Shown here: in pieces, positions 48,927 through 62,780 of the stretch
Position numbering within the stretch: position 1 is the stretch's first letter
Layout: every line of letters starts with the position of its first letter
NCBI GenBank assembly: GCA_964188305.1
Contig: OZ076894.1
DNA length: 64,000 bases
Origin: Podarcis bocagei
Taxonomy: Eukaryota
Strand: one strand, 5' to 3'
Position numbers and translations under genes: made by a program
The notes under the pieces: generated by a model
Database searches by the model: none
Told to the model about the DNA's origin: nothing
What the model saw: only the letters and a program-made list of their open reading frames with translations

Positions 48927-50410
48927 TATAATAAAAACTAGGTAAGATGAGGGTGTTCAGTTTTGGTTTTTATCGGTTTCTCATTTTTCCAATCTTAATT
49001 ACCATTCGGCATGTTACCACATCAGGAATTAGGAACACTGAGGTTGCTGTTTGTTTTAAAGCTCTCATGGGAGTTTATCAACATTTTAATGGATGTTTTA
49101 ATGGATGCTTTTTAATGCCTGCCTTGCCCCACCCTCCAGCCCTGGGAGTCCTCATAAGGGAGCAGTGCCTGGAGGAAGAGCTGTGAGGGGAGAGACTTCA
49201 TCAGGCAAGGCCTCCTTCCACCTGCCTTGCCCCACCCTCCAGTCTCTGCTGCTCAATTTGTATTGCATTATTTTATGCACTGCGACTTCCCGTTGTTTTT
49301 ATTGATTATAGTTTAGAAATTATTTATTATAATTGTTAAGAGCAGATTTCTGTTTAATTTTTATAAGCTGGTATTTAATATTATTCTATACTATTCTAAT
49401 GGATTGTTTCTTCAGCTTGTAAACCGCCTTGGGTATTGTAAAATAGGAAGAAGGTATACAAATCAAAAGTGAAATGAAATGAAATGTTTTCTCCTCGTAC
49501 ACATTTTGTGTGGGATTTTGCCTAATGTGCACAATTCTGCAAGCAATTTCTCCAAATGTAAAGCAATTCTGATGTTATTTTCACTAATATCAAATGCATT
49601 TTTGTGTTCCTTTTCTCATAACACATGCATTTTGTATACATTATATGGTTGGTGAACTGCATCACAAAATTCAGAGAAGGGCGGATTTCAAAAGAAACAG
49701 TGTTTTCATTAACATATCATTTTGGGAGGTGTGAAATAGGCAGATTCACATAAAAATGTGGACCAAACAAAATTTCACCCTCATCCATAGGTGAACCTAG
49801 GAAAAATGTATTCATTGTAACATTCACAAAGGGGTATCCAGGATACCATATATTAATAGCACCTCAAGCATCTACTAATTAAATAGTATAGATGAATAAA
49901 CCAGACAGGGCCCTGCCCGCAGGCTCATAGTCAAATAAAGCATGGAAAAAAGGTTTAGGGAGCATGTCGCTACACATCATAGTACGTTGGATTTGCAAGG
50001 GGCAAGCATTCAAGGATGAAATTTGAATGGAGGCTTGTTCTGCACCACAAACAGCTGTGATGAATCCACACAATGACAATAGGCTTCCAGCTGTAATAAG
50101 AGGCCCTCCAACATGGCTGCAAATCCACAGACATAACTTAATTCCTTGTTCTTTTCTGGGCGGCAGAAAAGTGGTGGTTCTAGGCCGGATGAGGTGATGA
50201 GTTTTTAAGGAACAATAAAGGCAAATGACTCAGAAAATATAATTACCCTGGTTTTGGAAATTGCATTGGAGGAAACAGGGGTCATTTTTTTTTGCCTTTG
50301 TTTCTGTGGTTTGCTCTACTGGAAAATATTAAATAGCCATATGACAGTGCAATACGGTGAACGCCTGCTCAGAAGTAAATCCCACTGTGTTCAAAGGGTC
50401 TTACTTATTC

Positions 50411-50625
50411 CCACTGTGGTGGGAAGGTAAACGGTGTTTCCGTGTGCTCTGGCTTCCGTCATGGTGTTCTGTTGTGCCAGAAGCGGTTTAGTCATGCTGG
50501 CCACATGACCTGGAAAGCTGTCTGTGGACAAACGCCAGCTCCCTTGGCCTGAAAGCGAGATGAGTGCCACAACCCCATAGTCGCCTTTGATTGGACTTAA
50601 CCGTCCAGGGGTCCTTTACCCTACC
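50411..50625 (+). mobile_element. 5'-truncated Sauria SINE
   Basis: 3' body and GGGGTCCTTTACC tail. Confidence 0.8.
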
Positions 50626-52685
50626 TTACTCCCAGATAAGTGTATTTAGGGTTGCAGCCATAGTTTCCTAAGCCACACCTTTTAATTGGGTTTTGTTTTG
50701 TTTTGCCATGAAGCCACACATCTCTGCATTGTTCCTCAAACTGAAGAGTCCAGGCATATCTTCCTTCATCTCTTTGGGTGGTAAATTCTCGCAACCCTAA
50801 GAAAACACAAAGGACTCCACAGAGGGCCTTGATTTCAACAGGCCGCATAGAGGGAGTCTAACTCTGCTCCATGCCCACAGACGTGAACAAGGTATAATAA
50901 CCACTGTGGTTGTCAAGGATTACCTTTGGTATTGTGGTTAGCACATATCAGCACTCAGCTTGGCGAGCACTCTGGTAGGTGACTTGATCTACAGTGTGAG
51001 ACCCCATGGCTTTCTGAGGTTCTTAATTGAACCCAGCCTTGTGGCTGGACACTTTTCATCAAATGTGTCGGCCACCTGTGCATGCAGCAGGAGAAATCCA
51101 AGACCCACTAAGATTCATCTCACCCAAACCAGAATTGTTTGTCAGACACCATGCCTGTCTGGGGAGAAAATGAAATTGATGGCACACAGCTAGATTCCAC
51201 AGTATTCTTTCAACAGAACATCACAGGGAAACAATACCACAAGCATCCATAATGTATAAAACATGAAAAGGAGCAGAAGGAATAAACATGTCTCAAAATG
51301 CACTTAATCAAGCCATCCTCTTACTAAAACCAGTAATTATTCTGGATTATGAGAGAGAGAGAAAGCTTGCAGTATTTGGAGTGTACAAAATTGTTAAATT
51401 CACAAGAGTTTAAAGAGAAGTTGAGGGACAAGGACATCTTCTCCTTTATTTATCCCATTGCTAACCTACCCTTTCTTGAAGGAGCTCAGGGTGGCTTATG
51501 TGGAGCTTATTTTGTTTTCAGCAACCTTGTGGGATAGCGTAGGCTATTTTCCCCATGGTCACCCAGTGGGCTTCATGGCTCAGTGTGGATATGAACCCAA
51601 GTCTCCCTGGCAAAAATCTAACACACCACACCAGTTCACTTCGGAATAGCTAATTCAAGGAGATGTGCCCACCTTCATACTTCTCTGGCCAAACTCTATC
51701 AGTAATTCTTCCTAGGCAATTACTCACACAGTAAAGCCTATGATATCTGAAATTATACAGCAAAATAAGCAAAATTATACCAGTTATACTTAATCCCTAT
51801 GGACAAGATTCATTTAAGAACTGATAATAGGGATTGTGTGCATTCACCATATGGAACTTTAAAATAATAACTAAAAAGGCTTGAGTTTTCCACATTTTTT
51901 AGGGCCAACAGGATTTTCTAGGTCTCTACTTGACATCTCGCTTCCGCCCAATGTTCAGTTTCTTTCCAGAGACTATTTTAGACTGTACACATTTCGCAGA
52001 ATCATAGAATCAGTGAGTTGGATGGGATCTTTTTGCCCAACATGGGGCTCAAACCCACAATCTTAAGATGAAGAGTCTTGTGTGCTACCAACTGAGCTAT
52101 TCGAAAAAGTAAAATGTATATGCACATTCACAGTGAGTTGCTGGGGGTCCCCTCATGACCATACACAAACACTTCCATATATGCTGCCCAGTATGGGGGC
52201 CAGCACATGTTCCTAGAAGTCAAGACAAGTACGGTCGTCAGCCCAGGAAGAATTTAGCTCAACCATTTCTGTGGAATTTGTGGGCTGGAGGAACTTGATG
52301 GAAATACCTCAGGTGCTTAAGCTATCTAGGTGCTGCAAATGTATATTTTAAAGTATTGTATTCCCCCCCCTTGATTTTCTTGTTTTTACCTTTTTGTAGA
52401 CCACCCTGGGGTTTTTTGTTTTTTTCCAATCACATGGTATGTAAATTTAATGAAATAATTAAACAAAATAAATGCATGGATGTATGAACCGCACACACAA
52501 AAGCAGCCTATATCATTCTACAGATAAAGCTGGAAACATCCCAAAGCTGCTAGCTAATGCAAGCTTGTAAAATTCCTTCATGGATTATAGCTATGCAAAT
52601 CAACTTAGTCCTGAGTATACAAGCAAGACTGACTCTAGCCAACACCAGGGCACGATGTGTGTGTCTTTTTTGGTCTGTTGTGAAC

Positions 52686-52948
52686 TAGGGCTGGGCAGCA
52701 CCTGGTTTTCAACATTGTGATACATAACCAACTAAACATTGTTACATGCTGGTATAGCACGGTGTCTGAAATAAGGATGGAGCTGTGTAGAGGCATTGGC
52801 TGGTTTCACCGTTTTCCCCACATCTTGATTTTTTTGCATAGCACACAAAAAACACATCATGATTCATGATATATTGCCAAGTCAAAAATGATGAAACTGC
52901 TATCACGAAACGGTTTTGGACGATATATCAATATATCTCCCAGCCCTA
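52686..52948. mobile_element. hAT MITE
   Basis: TAGGGCTGGG / CCCAGCCCTA termini, 8-bp TSD TTGTGAAC/CTGTGAAC. Confidence 0.8.
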
Positions 52949-53683
52949 CTGTGAACCATCCTGGGATGCAGGGCAGTATATATACAAATTTAATTAATTA
53001 ATAATACTGAAGTCCGCAGGGCCTGGATCTCCAGTATCAAGGTGAAACATACTGGTTTCTGGAAATGCCCTGGGTCTTTTCTGGAGACGGTCACCATGAA
53101 GAGAACCACAAACATTTTGTTGCATTCTTCTTCATTTTGGACTCTGGTGGCATCTCAGTTCTGTTGTCCATTATTCAGTCCACTGAAATAACAATGTGTA
53201 ATTAGACACAGGGCTGTGGCCTTGGTAAGTATTTAGAAAACTTTCTAGCTATGCATGAAACATCCACTCCTTATGGTTCAGGAATATTATCGAAACTATT
53301 TGCCTAAACATTAATGCAAGAAGTATTTCCTATTCATTAGTCTTCTGTTTAAAATATGCCAATCACCCTCCAAAGGACCAGGAACAATAGTGTTGGACAA
53401 AACACAAGTAACAAGGAGCAAATGGTTTGAAGTAAACATTTCGCACACACAAAAACATTCCGAAACTCAGCTTCACTGGCTATTTGGCTAATAAACATGA
53501 ATGATGAACACATTCAAAGAAACAGATGATGGTTTCCATAAATATATGAAGTGGAAAATTCATAATGAAGCTTAAGAATGATTGATTGCTTGGCTAATTA
53601 TATTTTCTGCTATGCTATTTATTTTATCCCTCTGTGTAAATTCACAGAAAGAGCACAAACATATAAATAATATAACATATGCT

Positions 53684-53684
<1 letters not shown>

Positions 53685-53727
<43 letters not shown>
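53685..53727. repeat. (GT)n microsatellite
   Basis: Direct tandem repeat. Confidence 0.95.
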
Positions 53728-53729
<2 letters not shown>

Positions 53730-54772
53730 TCCAGCACTGTGGTCTGCAGACCACCCGTGGTCCATAAGCAGTGTGTTTGTGAAGAACACTTTCAATCTGA
53801 ATTTTATGGAATTCAAATCGTAATACAATAAAACAGAAGCAATAACAGAAGCAATAAAAACTTCGACTGAAAATCATATAGCATCTAGCACAGGGCATTA
53901 CAATTGCTACAAGAGGCAGATTTTTTTTAAAATAAAACTTTAAATGGTCCACTAATACCCAGAACAACTTTCAAGTCATTTTTTTTTGGGGGGGGAGGCG
54001 AAGTTTGGGAACCAGAGGCATATGCAATTTTATTCCTACGTATAAATTCACAGAAGCAACGGAAACATCTATTGATTAACAGTGCTGGGTGTCTAATGTA
54101 GCCAACAGTTTATTCCAAACAAATGGTTGCAAATAGACTAATTTAAATGGTTATCATTTAACCATTTATCATTTATTGTCCATTCTGGGTCTCCCAACCA
54201 CTGCTAACAGTGTCCTTTTTCTTGGCAGATCAAGATGAACAGGTGACAGCAAAAGTTGCAAGGTTTTTAACCGGGGCATATAGAATTAGATCCATTATTT
54301 GACTATTGATCCAAACCCCCAAAATGCATTTTATATAATTAACTTTTTACCTTTATCCTCCTGTATACTGCATTTTGTTTTATTGTTATGGCTGGTGGCT
54401 GATGCAAATAAAGATTCATTCATTCATTCATTCATGGCTACGAAGGGGAGAATGGATTTTTAGTTAAAAGTGATCATTTTAATTAACTGGGGATGGTTAG
54501 ACTCCATAGATAATTCATTAGGCTGAATGATCTGAAGCTTCCTAACAGATGGTTTGGTTTCATGTTCCGAGTGATACTGAAAGATTTTTCCAATGTCCCA
54601 AAGCTATAGCCCATGTGAAACATAATTTTTTATGTAAATAATTCTCCAGCAACAAAGAGGGAGAATCACTGCAAGGACTGTGTGTAACGAGCTTGATCTC
54701 TTACTGACAGCAAGGGCATTTCATGTCTGAAATGCTGCAGAAAGTGAACAGAGCGAGGCTGAGCAGACTTAC

Positions 54773-54888
54773 CCTCCACGTCAGAGACAGAGTACCTGGA
54801 TAGATTCATGGGGTCTGTTGCGGTGGAAACGCAGAGTATCACTGACCACATAACTGCGGCATGCAGTCCTACGACCGCACGCAGCCAA
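54773..54888 (-). other. Candidate internal exon of an unidentified transcript (116 nt)
   Basis: Acceptor tttcctttggtttcatttacag|, donor GG|gtaagt, locally high CpG content, one open frame WLRAVVGLHAAVMWSVILCVSTATDPMNLSRYSVSDVE; no recognised homolog. Confidence 0.4.
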
Positions 54889-55316
54889 CTGTAAATGAAA
54901 CCAAAGGAAACATATTGCACTCCTTTCAACCATTTAAACATCCCTTTTCCTTGCCAAGTTGTGAGTAAGATGGGCATTGTCCTTGCTCAGGGGACGGGGT
55001 CTGCTGTCGCTCTCTGCAGCTCGCTCATGTCAGCAATCAAGAAATACAATAAGGGATCCCTGTACATTAGCACTTAATTTAAGGTTAACAACTCCAATTT
55101 CTGTGAGGTCATCCCAGCCTCTCTCTTTTTGTTTTGCTTAGCCTGACAAAGACAGACTGAGTCCAAAGAAAATGATCAGTAACCAGTGTAAGCTCTGGTC
55201 CCACCTGCACTATACATTAAAGCAGTATCGTACTACTTTGTGCAGTCATGGCTTCCACTAAAGTATCTTGTTTGTGAAGGGTGCTGAAAGTTGTTAGGAG
55301 ACCCCTGTCCCCATTA

Positions 55317-55666
55317 GGTAAAGGTAAAGGGACCCCTGACCATTAGGTCCAGTCGCAGACAACTCTGGGGTTCCAGCGCTCATCTCACTTTATTGGCCGA
55401 GGGAGCCGATGTACAGCTTCCTGGTCATGTGACCAGCATGACTAAGCCGCTTCTGGTGAACCAGAGCAGCGCATGGAAACGCCATTTACCTTCCCGCCGG
55501 AGCGGTACCTATTTATCTACTTGCACTTTGATGTGCTTTCGAACTGCTAGGTCGGCAGGAGCAGGGACCGAGCAACGGGAGCTCACCCCGTTGTGGGGAT
55601 TCAAACCGCTGACCTTCTGATCAGCAAGCCCTAGGCTCTGTGGTTTAGACCACAGCACCACCCACA
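55317..55666 (-). mobile_element. Sauria SINE with 46-bp flanking duplication
   Basis: Reverse-complement SINE; flanks 55271-55316 and 55667-55712 are near-identical. Confidence 0.88.
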
Positions 55667-55870
55667 TTTGTGAAGGGTGCTGAGAATTGTTAGGAGACCC
55701 CCGTCCCCATTACAGAGCGACAATTCCCAGAGTTCTCTGGGAAGAGGGACTGGTTGTTAAATAATTCTGAGGATTTTAGCTCTGGGAAAGCAATAAGGTT
55801 CTCATAACAACTCTCAGCACACTTAACAAACTGCAGTCCCTTTCTTAGCCTTGAGAGACACATTTCCTTC

Positions 55871-57048
55871 GGGGGGCCACCAGGTGGCGCATTGGAAGAT
55901 GGCCGACAATAACATCTCTCTGACCCATACGAGGTAATTAAGGGGCTGCTATGGGAAGTATGCAGCCTTCCTACTCCCCCTGGATATGGGGGAGCACTGC
56001 CCTGCCAGCGGTGTTCACAATGCACCCCCTGATCCGAGAGATGGGGGTGCCGAACACTTGGCACAAGCCCTCGATGAAGTCAGATCTTCCTGACGCCGAT
56101 TCCAATTAGCGCGTGCTGGTTGCTTCAGCTCGGAATTATAATTGGAAATATATGATTGGAAACAAAGCTGAAGCACATACATCAAGTAACGCTCGACAGA
56201 TAAGACCGCTGATTAATGGATCTCTGTGACCAGGAGTGACGGATGGATAAGTAAATCTTCTGATGAATCACCACAAGGAGACTGTATGTTTGGAACGAAG
56301 GGGGGGGGTGGAGGAAAAAACTCTTTTTTTCTTTGCACGATGTGATATTAATATTAATAATCCTTCACCCCAGATAGAAACAAGATTGTCGCGTTTTTAT
56401 TAATCATAAGCAGGATTCTAAGACTGTGTGGGATGGATTACAACAGGAGAGAAGACTGGTGAACGGTGAGAAAGAGGACATTTTTTATGACGCAGTTTAA
56501 AAATGGCTTCTCGCCAAGACAGGCTTGCCGGAGAAAGAAGGACAGGGGGAGGAGAATCAGGATCGTTAGAATGAGAAGGAATGTTGGAATGTAAGTTTGA
56601 CCTGACAGAGCCCCCTGATTCATTTGATTTATTTGGTAAGCCTGAGAAAAATAAAGGACAGACCGGAGATTAATTTTGTTTATGGAAGCGTTGAACAGAG
56701 GCTGTCCCTGATCGATATGATTTTTGGAAGAGTACAAAACCCACACAGAGATACCAGTTTTCAGTCTGCTTGTGAAAATCATCAGAGATCGCAAAGAAAG
56801 GAATACACGATAACAACAAGAAGAGAAAGGAAGTAACAAAGGACTATCCGGATCAAACTGGATAGAACTGACTAATTAAAGCAGGAAGATAAGTGATGCC
56901 TGTTTTGGACTCGTGCGGAGCTTGATGTATGGGTACCCTCAACAAAATTTAAAATTTGGCTGTATAATTTGGAATTAATGTGATATGAATAATGTGATGT
57001 GATTGGCTGTTAATAAAAATTATTTATTTATTTATTTATTTTAAAAAA
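55871..57048 (+). mobile_element. Non-autonomous L1-type retroposon (about 1.18 kb)
   Basis: 5' GGGGGG, YY1-like AAGATGGCCG, AATAAA plus A-rich tail, 18-bp TSD GAGA(G/A)ACACATTTCCTTC. Confidence 0.72.
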
Positions 57049-58192
57049 GAGAAACACATTTCCTTCTGTGTAACCTTTTTGGGGGACACATGCTAGAGGT
57101 GGGCAAGGCCAGAGGCAAACAACATATATGATTTTTTACCTTTGCACAGTAGGCTGGTCACTGCAGATTTGCACGCTCTTCTTTATCCTTTATTCAAGCA
57201 AGCAAGATGCTTTATGACAGTTCAAGGGCTTTTAGCAACCCGGAGATCTCCGGACAAAACAAAGTTTTTAACTGAAGCTCTTTTTAACTGCAGCAGTAAT
57301 TTTTAACTATTTTAGAAAAAAGTGGATTTGTTTGGTTCCGTGGGCTCCTTCAAGAGGAACAATGGGATATAAATTTACTTAATAACAGATAAATGAAATA
57401 GTTTCAGACAGGGAGTTGTATGTTTTGAAGTATTTCTCAAGAAGATGAATGAGTACATAGGAGCAGTCCAATTTCTAGCAGCAGCAAATGAGAAAACATC
57501 TTCTGTGTTTCTGTATTCTTATTTGAATGAAGAAAAGTTCCACTTTCTGTGAGTTATGTGAAATCAGAAAAGGCTTAAATAGAGTAAGTTAAGTTCAGTC
57601 CAGAAATATATACCAATAGCGAAGCTGGGAATATTTGCATAAGCACACAGATCTGCTACGTTTCAGTGTTGGTCACCTGGGGGTGGCAGGCTGCCAAGAA
57701 ATGTCTTTGAAATCCCCTGTGTGGATAGAGGTGAACTTTCTCCAGTGCTGCCGAACCTTTCAACCCCTGAGGTTAAGCATATGATTGCAGCTGCAGCCAA
57801 GGAAGGTCTGCTGAAGGGGATTGCATATGTGCCACAGGAGATTTTCATTTCATTTCAAAGTGCTTTGTCAAACTCTTAATATCTGTGTCCATCAAAAGGT
57901 GTGGGATGGGGGGAAAGGACCATTTAAATCATAGCATTCTGGGTCTGAAAAAGGACCTGAGGATAATCTGACCTAAACTCCTGTACCGAAGAAGAGTGAA
58001 CCCACATTAACTTGATTTATAGTATGCCACAAATAGGGAGGACAGAGGGAAGTACACTAAGCCAGATGTGCACATTCAATGCTCAGGTCCCAAGCATGCA
58101 AACAAGGCACAATCATTATTCCCTTTCCACCCACCCACCCGAAGAAGGAGCGGTTCACTGGGAAGCTCTGTAGCAATATGGTAGTGCACATA

Positions 58193-58550
58193 GGTAAAGG
58201 GACCCCTGACCATTAGGTCCAGTTGTGACCGACTCTGGGGTTGCGGCGCTCATCTCGCTTTATTGGCCGAGGGAGCCGGCGTTTGTCTGCAGACAGCTTC
58301 TGGGTCATGTGGCCAGCATGACTAAGCCATTTCTGGCGAACCAGAGCAGTGCACGGAAATGTTGTTTACCTTCCCGCCGGAGCAGTACATATTTATCTAC
58401 TTGCACTTTGACGTGCTTTCGAACTGCTAGGTTGGCAGGAGCAGGGACCGAGCAACGGGAGCTCACCCCGTCATGGGGATTCGAACCGCCCACCTTCTGA
58501 TCGGCAAGCCCTAGGCTCTGTGGTTCAACCCACAGCGCCACCCGCATCCC
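58193..58550 (-). mobile_element. Sauria SINE inserted in a Squam3-like SINE head
   Basis: Full-length reverse-complement SINE; perfect 14-bp TSD TGGTAGTGCACATA. Confidence 0.9.
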
Positions 58551-58689
58551 TGGTAGTGCACATACTTAACATGAAAAGGATCCAAGACAGGTCCGATCCC
58601 AGCATCTCCAGATATGACAGGGAAAGACTCTCTGCTTAAGCCACTGTCTGTAAGCATTGAGAAGATTAAGCTAAGAGTACCAAAGGTAT

Positions 58690-58960
58690 AAGGCAGACCT
58701 CAAGGGCCACCTCTCTCCATATGAACCTCCCTGGACCCTGAGATCAGCTTCTGAGGCCCTTCTTCATGTGCCTCCTCCACAAGAGGTCCGGAGGATGTCA
58801 ACATGAGAACAGGCCTTCTCTCCAGTGACTCCCTGTCTGGAATGTTCTCCCCAGGGAGGTTCACCTGGCATCTTCATGATACACCTATAGGCACCAGGCA
58901 AATACGTTCCTCTTCAATCAGGCCTTGGGCAGATTGACATCCAATGCCCTTTTAAAATGT
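58690..58960 (+). mobile_element. L2 3' fragment (second subfamily)
   Basis: CCCTGAGATCAGCTTCTGAGGCCCTTCT...AGGCCTTCTCT...TGGAATG pattern shared with the other L2 ends. Confidence 0.6.
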
Positions 58961-61900
58961 GTTGGTGAGGGAGGGATTATTGGGTTGTTTTTGGTATGCT
59001 TTATTGAAACAAGATCAAAATAGTTCTCAATATCTGCAGGAATGTATGTTCTTTCAACTCAGGTTGGTTTTTACAGGGCTAAGGTTTCAATCAGTGCTTT
59101 CAGCATACTTGGATAGAAGACCAAGTGTCATCAAATTCCAGTGGCTTGCCTGTATTGTATCAGTGACATTGTCCAACTTAATGGTGTTGCATGCTATGTG
59201 TTTGAGTGTGCACTGAATAATGGACAGAGATGGCAATTTTTCTCACATCCTTCTACATTGCATATGCACAGGCCTTTAACTGATATTTCTTGCTTGTTAT
59301 CAGAGGAACATGCATAGTCTAGCTTTATTTATTTTTTTAAATGGCCAAAGTTTTTATTTAGGTAGTTGCTAGTTGTTTAGATAGTTCACTGGTCTAACAT
59401 ATGCTTAGTCAACAAACAAACTGCCAGTGTTAGGCAGAGTCACTGCTTTGTATCGGTCTATAGAATGTGACTTGACTGGAGTGGATTAAGCCTAAGATGT
59501 TTGGTCCTTTAGTCATATGGGTCATATGACCCATACCTGTTTTCTTGAAAGAAAACATAACATCCTGTTTCATGAGAGAAACTTCTCAAGCAACTTATAA
59601 TGAAGTCAAGCCTATCCTTTTCTCATTTGTTGGAAAGTTCTCAGTGGCAAGAGTTCTCTATTTGGCTGAGCAAGGAATTGGACAACTTCCAGAAAGTATT
59701 GAAACATCAACTACAGTTATCAAAGGCTGTAATTATACTTTCATCAAATGCTCTGGCTTGTCCAAAGGTAGTCAGAATACATTAAAGGAGGCAAATTTAA
59801 TTGACTCTAATACGTCCTGGCATGAGGCTTAATAATATTGTATAGAACTCATTGTCTTTGATTTACTTCATTGAGTTGTAGGCCTAATCAGCCACCACAT
59901 TTTTGCGGAAAACTAAATAGAGGAATATAGAAGAATTGTGTATCTTGGGTCTTATGGGATTTCAGAATCATGTTCTTCTAACCAGGTTCTTAGAATCTAA
60001 CTACATGTCTCAGAGAAACTTGTATAACCAACCCTTGAAAGCTGGATTCATCCTCCACTTCCTCTTCCTTGAAAAGCCTCTTCAAGAAGGGCCTATCAAT
60101 CACAAATCCATTTCCCCCTTCTTTCTTCCCTCCCAAAAATGATAAACATGGCAGATATTTGGTAGATGTGCAAAATCCGAACTACATTCTCATCTGTTCA
60201 CAAGGGAGGTGCAGATAAGGTAATTTAGTATTGAAATCAGAAAAGAACAAGTTCTCTGAGCATCCTAGATAGGAATATTGTAAAACACTGTAATATTTTG
60301 TGGCACTGGGGAGGCACTTTTGTTGATTTCCCCCACACATTTCACTTGTCTAATTTCCAATTAGTCACACAACTAACTTTAGCTGGTCTCAGCAGTCTAG
60401 GATGAAATTCCCCCAAAACCTCACAGATGATTTCCCCCCATTAATAATCCTGTGCATAAGCCATCAATTTAGATTGTATCCTGCAGCCCATGAGCCAAAT
60501 CTGGAATTAACACATCAGACATTTTACATCAAATCTATTCAATAACTGAAGCTGCACATCCACTGCATGGCATCCTGATCACAGGGTTCAAATTTTTCAT
60601 ATGTTGATGCAAACAGGGTCTAAAAAAAATCATTTCATGAAAAATGATCTATACTTCCTAACAAAATGTAAATGTTGAACCTTTGGCCCAGGTGCGATCC
60701 TATCGTGGCCACTGGGTATTTGGGCTTAGTCATTAGTAAAAGCAGGACCCTTTTGTAATCCAAAATGGGAAGTAGATGGAGTCCTTGATGAATATTGCAG
60801 AAAGAGTGATTTTATCCAGAGCGGAAGCAATGCTCTGTGAGCCACTTCCAGTTCTTTAATCTGATGTCATGTTGGGTACTGCACGGCTGCCAAAGAAAGG
60901 CAAAGAAAGGCAAGATACCATATTATCCAGCTTCAATAAAGACATTAAGTGGCAATTTAAATCCTCCCAGCAGAGATGATTTGTGATTTTGCAGAAATGT
61001 ATACGGAAAGGAAATGGAATAGCTTAACAGCAGCTGTTTGAACTGCTCTGTCTTCTTCATTTGGAAAAACAAATGCAGCAAAAAATGAAACCCTTGCTGC
61101 TTCCGATATATATTTTTCTTACTGGATTTTTAGGCCTGCTGCAATCTTAATTCTTCATAATGCTGCACTACAATCCCACTTGGCAAATAATCCCATGCAG
61201 CTATGAATTAGAGCTAGAACAAATGTGATGGACTATATGCAGAAAAGACTGTTGGACATTGCCCCGTGAAACATCCTATATCCTGCAATGTCTGGGATGT
61301 GACAGTCTGGAACATGGCACAGAGTTTTCACAGCAGAGGCCTTCCTCTGAGGGACATAGGCTGCTGCCTTATAGTGAGTCAGACCGTTGGTACATCTTCT
61401 GCAGCTTTATGGTGCTGGGTGATCCATGAGCTATCACATATGCATCGGACAGGCACAGAGACTAGTAGGGGATACAGGCAGCAGACAACTCACTGTCTCC
61501 CAATATCACATTATCCAATGCTAGGCAAAAGAGTTTGCCAGTGCTGTTTTCCTTCCAAGGCAATTGAGTGAGGACTTTTTAACAGTGCAGGGATATGCAT
61601 GTTTGCTTGAATGTATCTCTAGTAAATGTATGTTTAGAATTGTGGCTGGAAACTCATAACCCAGCAAGTGAATTCTAGGTATGAGGCCCATTTTAGATTT
61701 AATTTTACTTGCTAAAGCTCTAGACACCAGGTTCTCCTTACAAAGTGTTTGGATTTTCAGAAAATTCACTTAGGTTAAGATATTTCAGCTTAATGTAATA
61801 TGCAGCAAAGTCTTTAGAATGCTGGCTATTTAGTGTGAATGTGCTGGATCATGTCATTCCTATTTCTGTAACCTGTCACTCATTAACTCACCCCTCTGCT

Positions 61901-62718
61901 TACTATGACCATTTCTTTCAGGCGCCTTCTTCTCTAGGACTTCTGCCATTTAGATCTTCTATTGCTGGCATCACCTCTTAGCCAGTTTTCCAGTCCTTAG
62001 CCTTTCCCACACAGCTCGTGCGTCCATAGGGTCCATGTGAAGGAGACAAACAGAAAGTCTCCCTTTCTACCGGAAGCTGAATTGTCAACATTTCATTGTT
62101 GACTGCTTTGTTCTTTGAGCACTTGTACTGCTTGTGAACATTCTGTGGCCTCATGGCAGCTCAGCCAATTGATGCCAGAGGCTTCACTGCTATGAGTCTA
62201 CAGGGGTTTCACACCAAATGCATTGTAATGGCATGGAAAATCAAGCATACCATTTAAAATGTCAGAAGGAAACAGGTTTCGACATCAAGCTTGCGGAGGC
62301 TGATTAGACACAGCAAGAGAGCTTTGGAATGGGAAAGATTTTAAAACATTGTGAAAACTACCTTGATGGTTCTCTTTTAAGTTTGATGAAGTCCTGCAGC
62401 ATAACATGGAAATATTTATGTACTGAGGAATTAGGCAATGCCCTCTTTTTCCTTTCTCCCCTTGTCCTTTTGAATTCCTAATTGTTTTTGAACTCCTGAC
62501 ACAGTTAATTAGACACTAAAAAACACAAAAAGAATTCTTACTGGCATTTGGCAATCTGTAAATTGTGTGTACATGGGTCATGTTTTGTTAACAATCTACA
62601 AAGCCCCCTGTTCTCAATTTTCTCCATTCTTTCATGCAATAATAGGTTTGGTTAAGCCTCCAGATACATGGTAAATTGGATAAAGTTTGAAGCTTTGACT
62701 CCTAATGGCTTTTCTTGT

Positions 62719-62780
62719 AAAGAAAAGAAAAGAGAAAAGAAAAGAAAAGAAAAGAAGGAAGGAAGAAAGAAAAAAAGAAA
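62719..62780. repeat. (AGAAA)n-rich microsatellite
   Basis: Direct tandem repeat. Confidence 0.85.
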
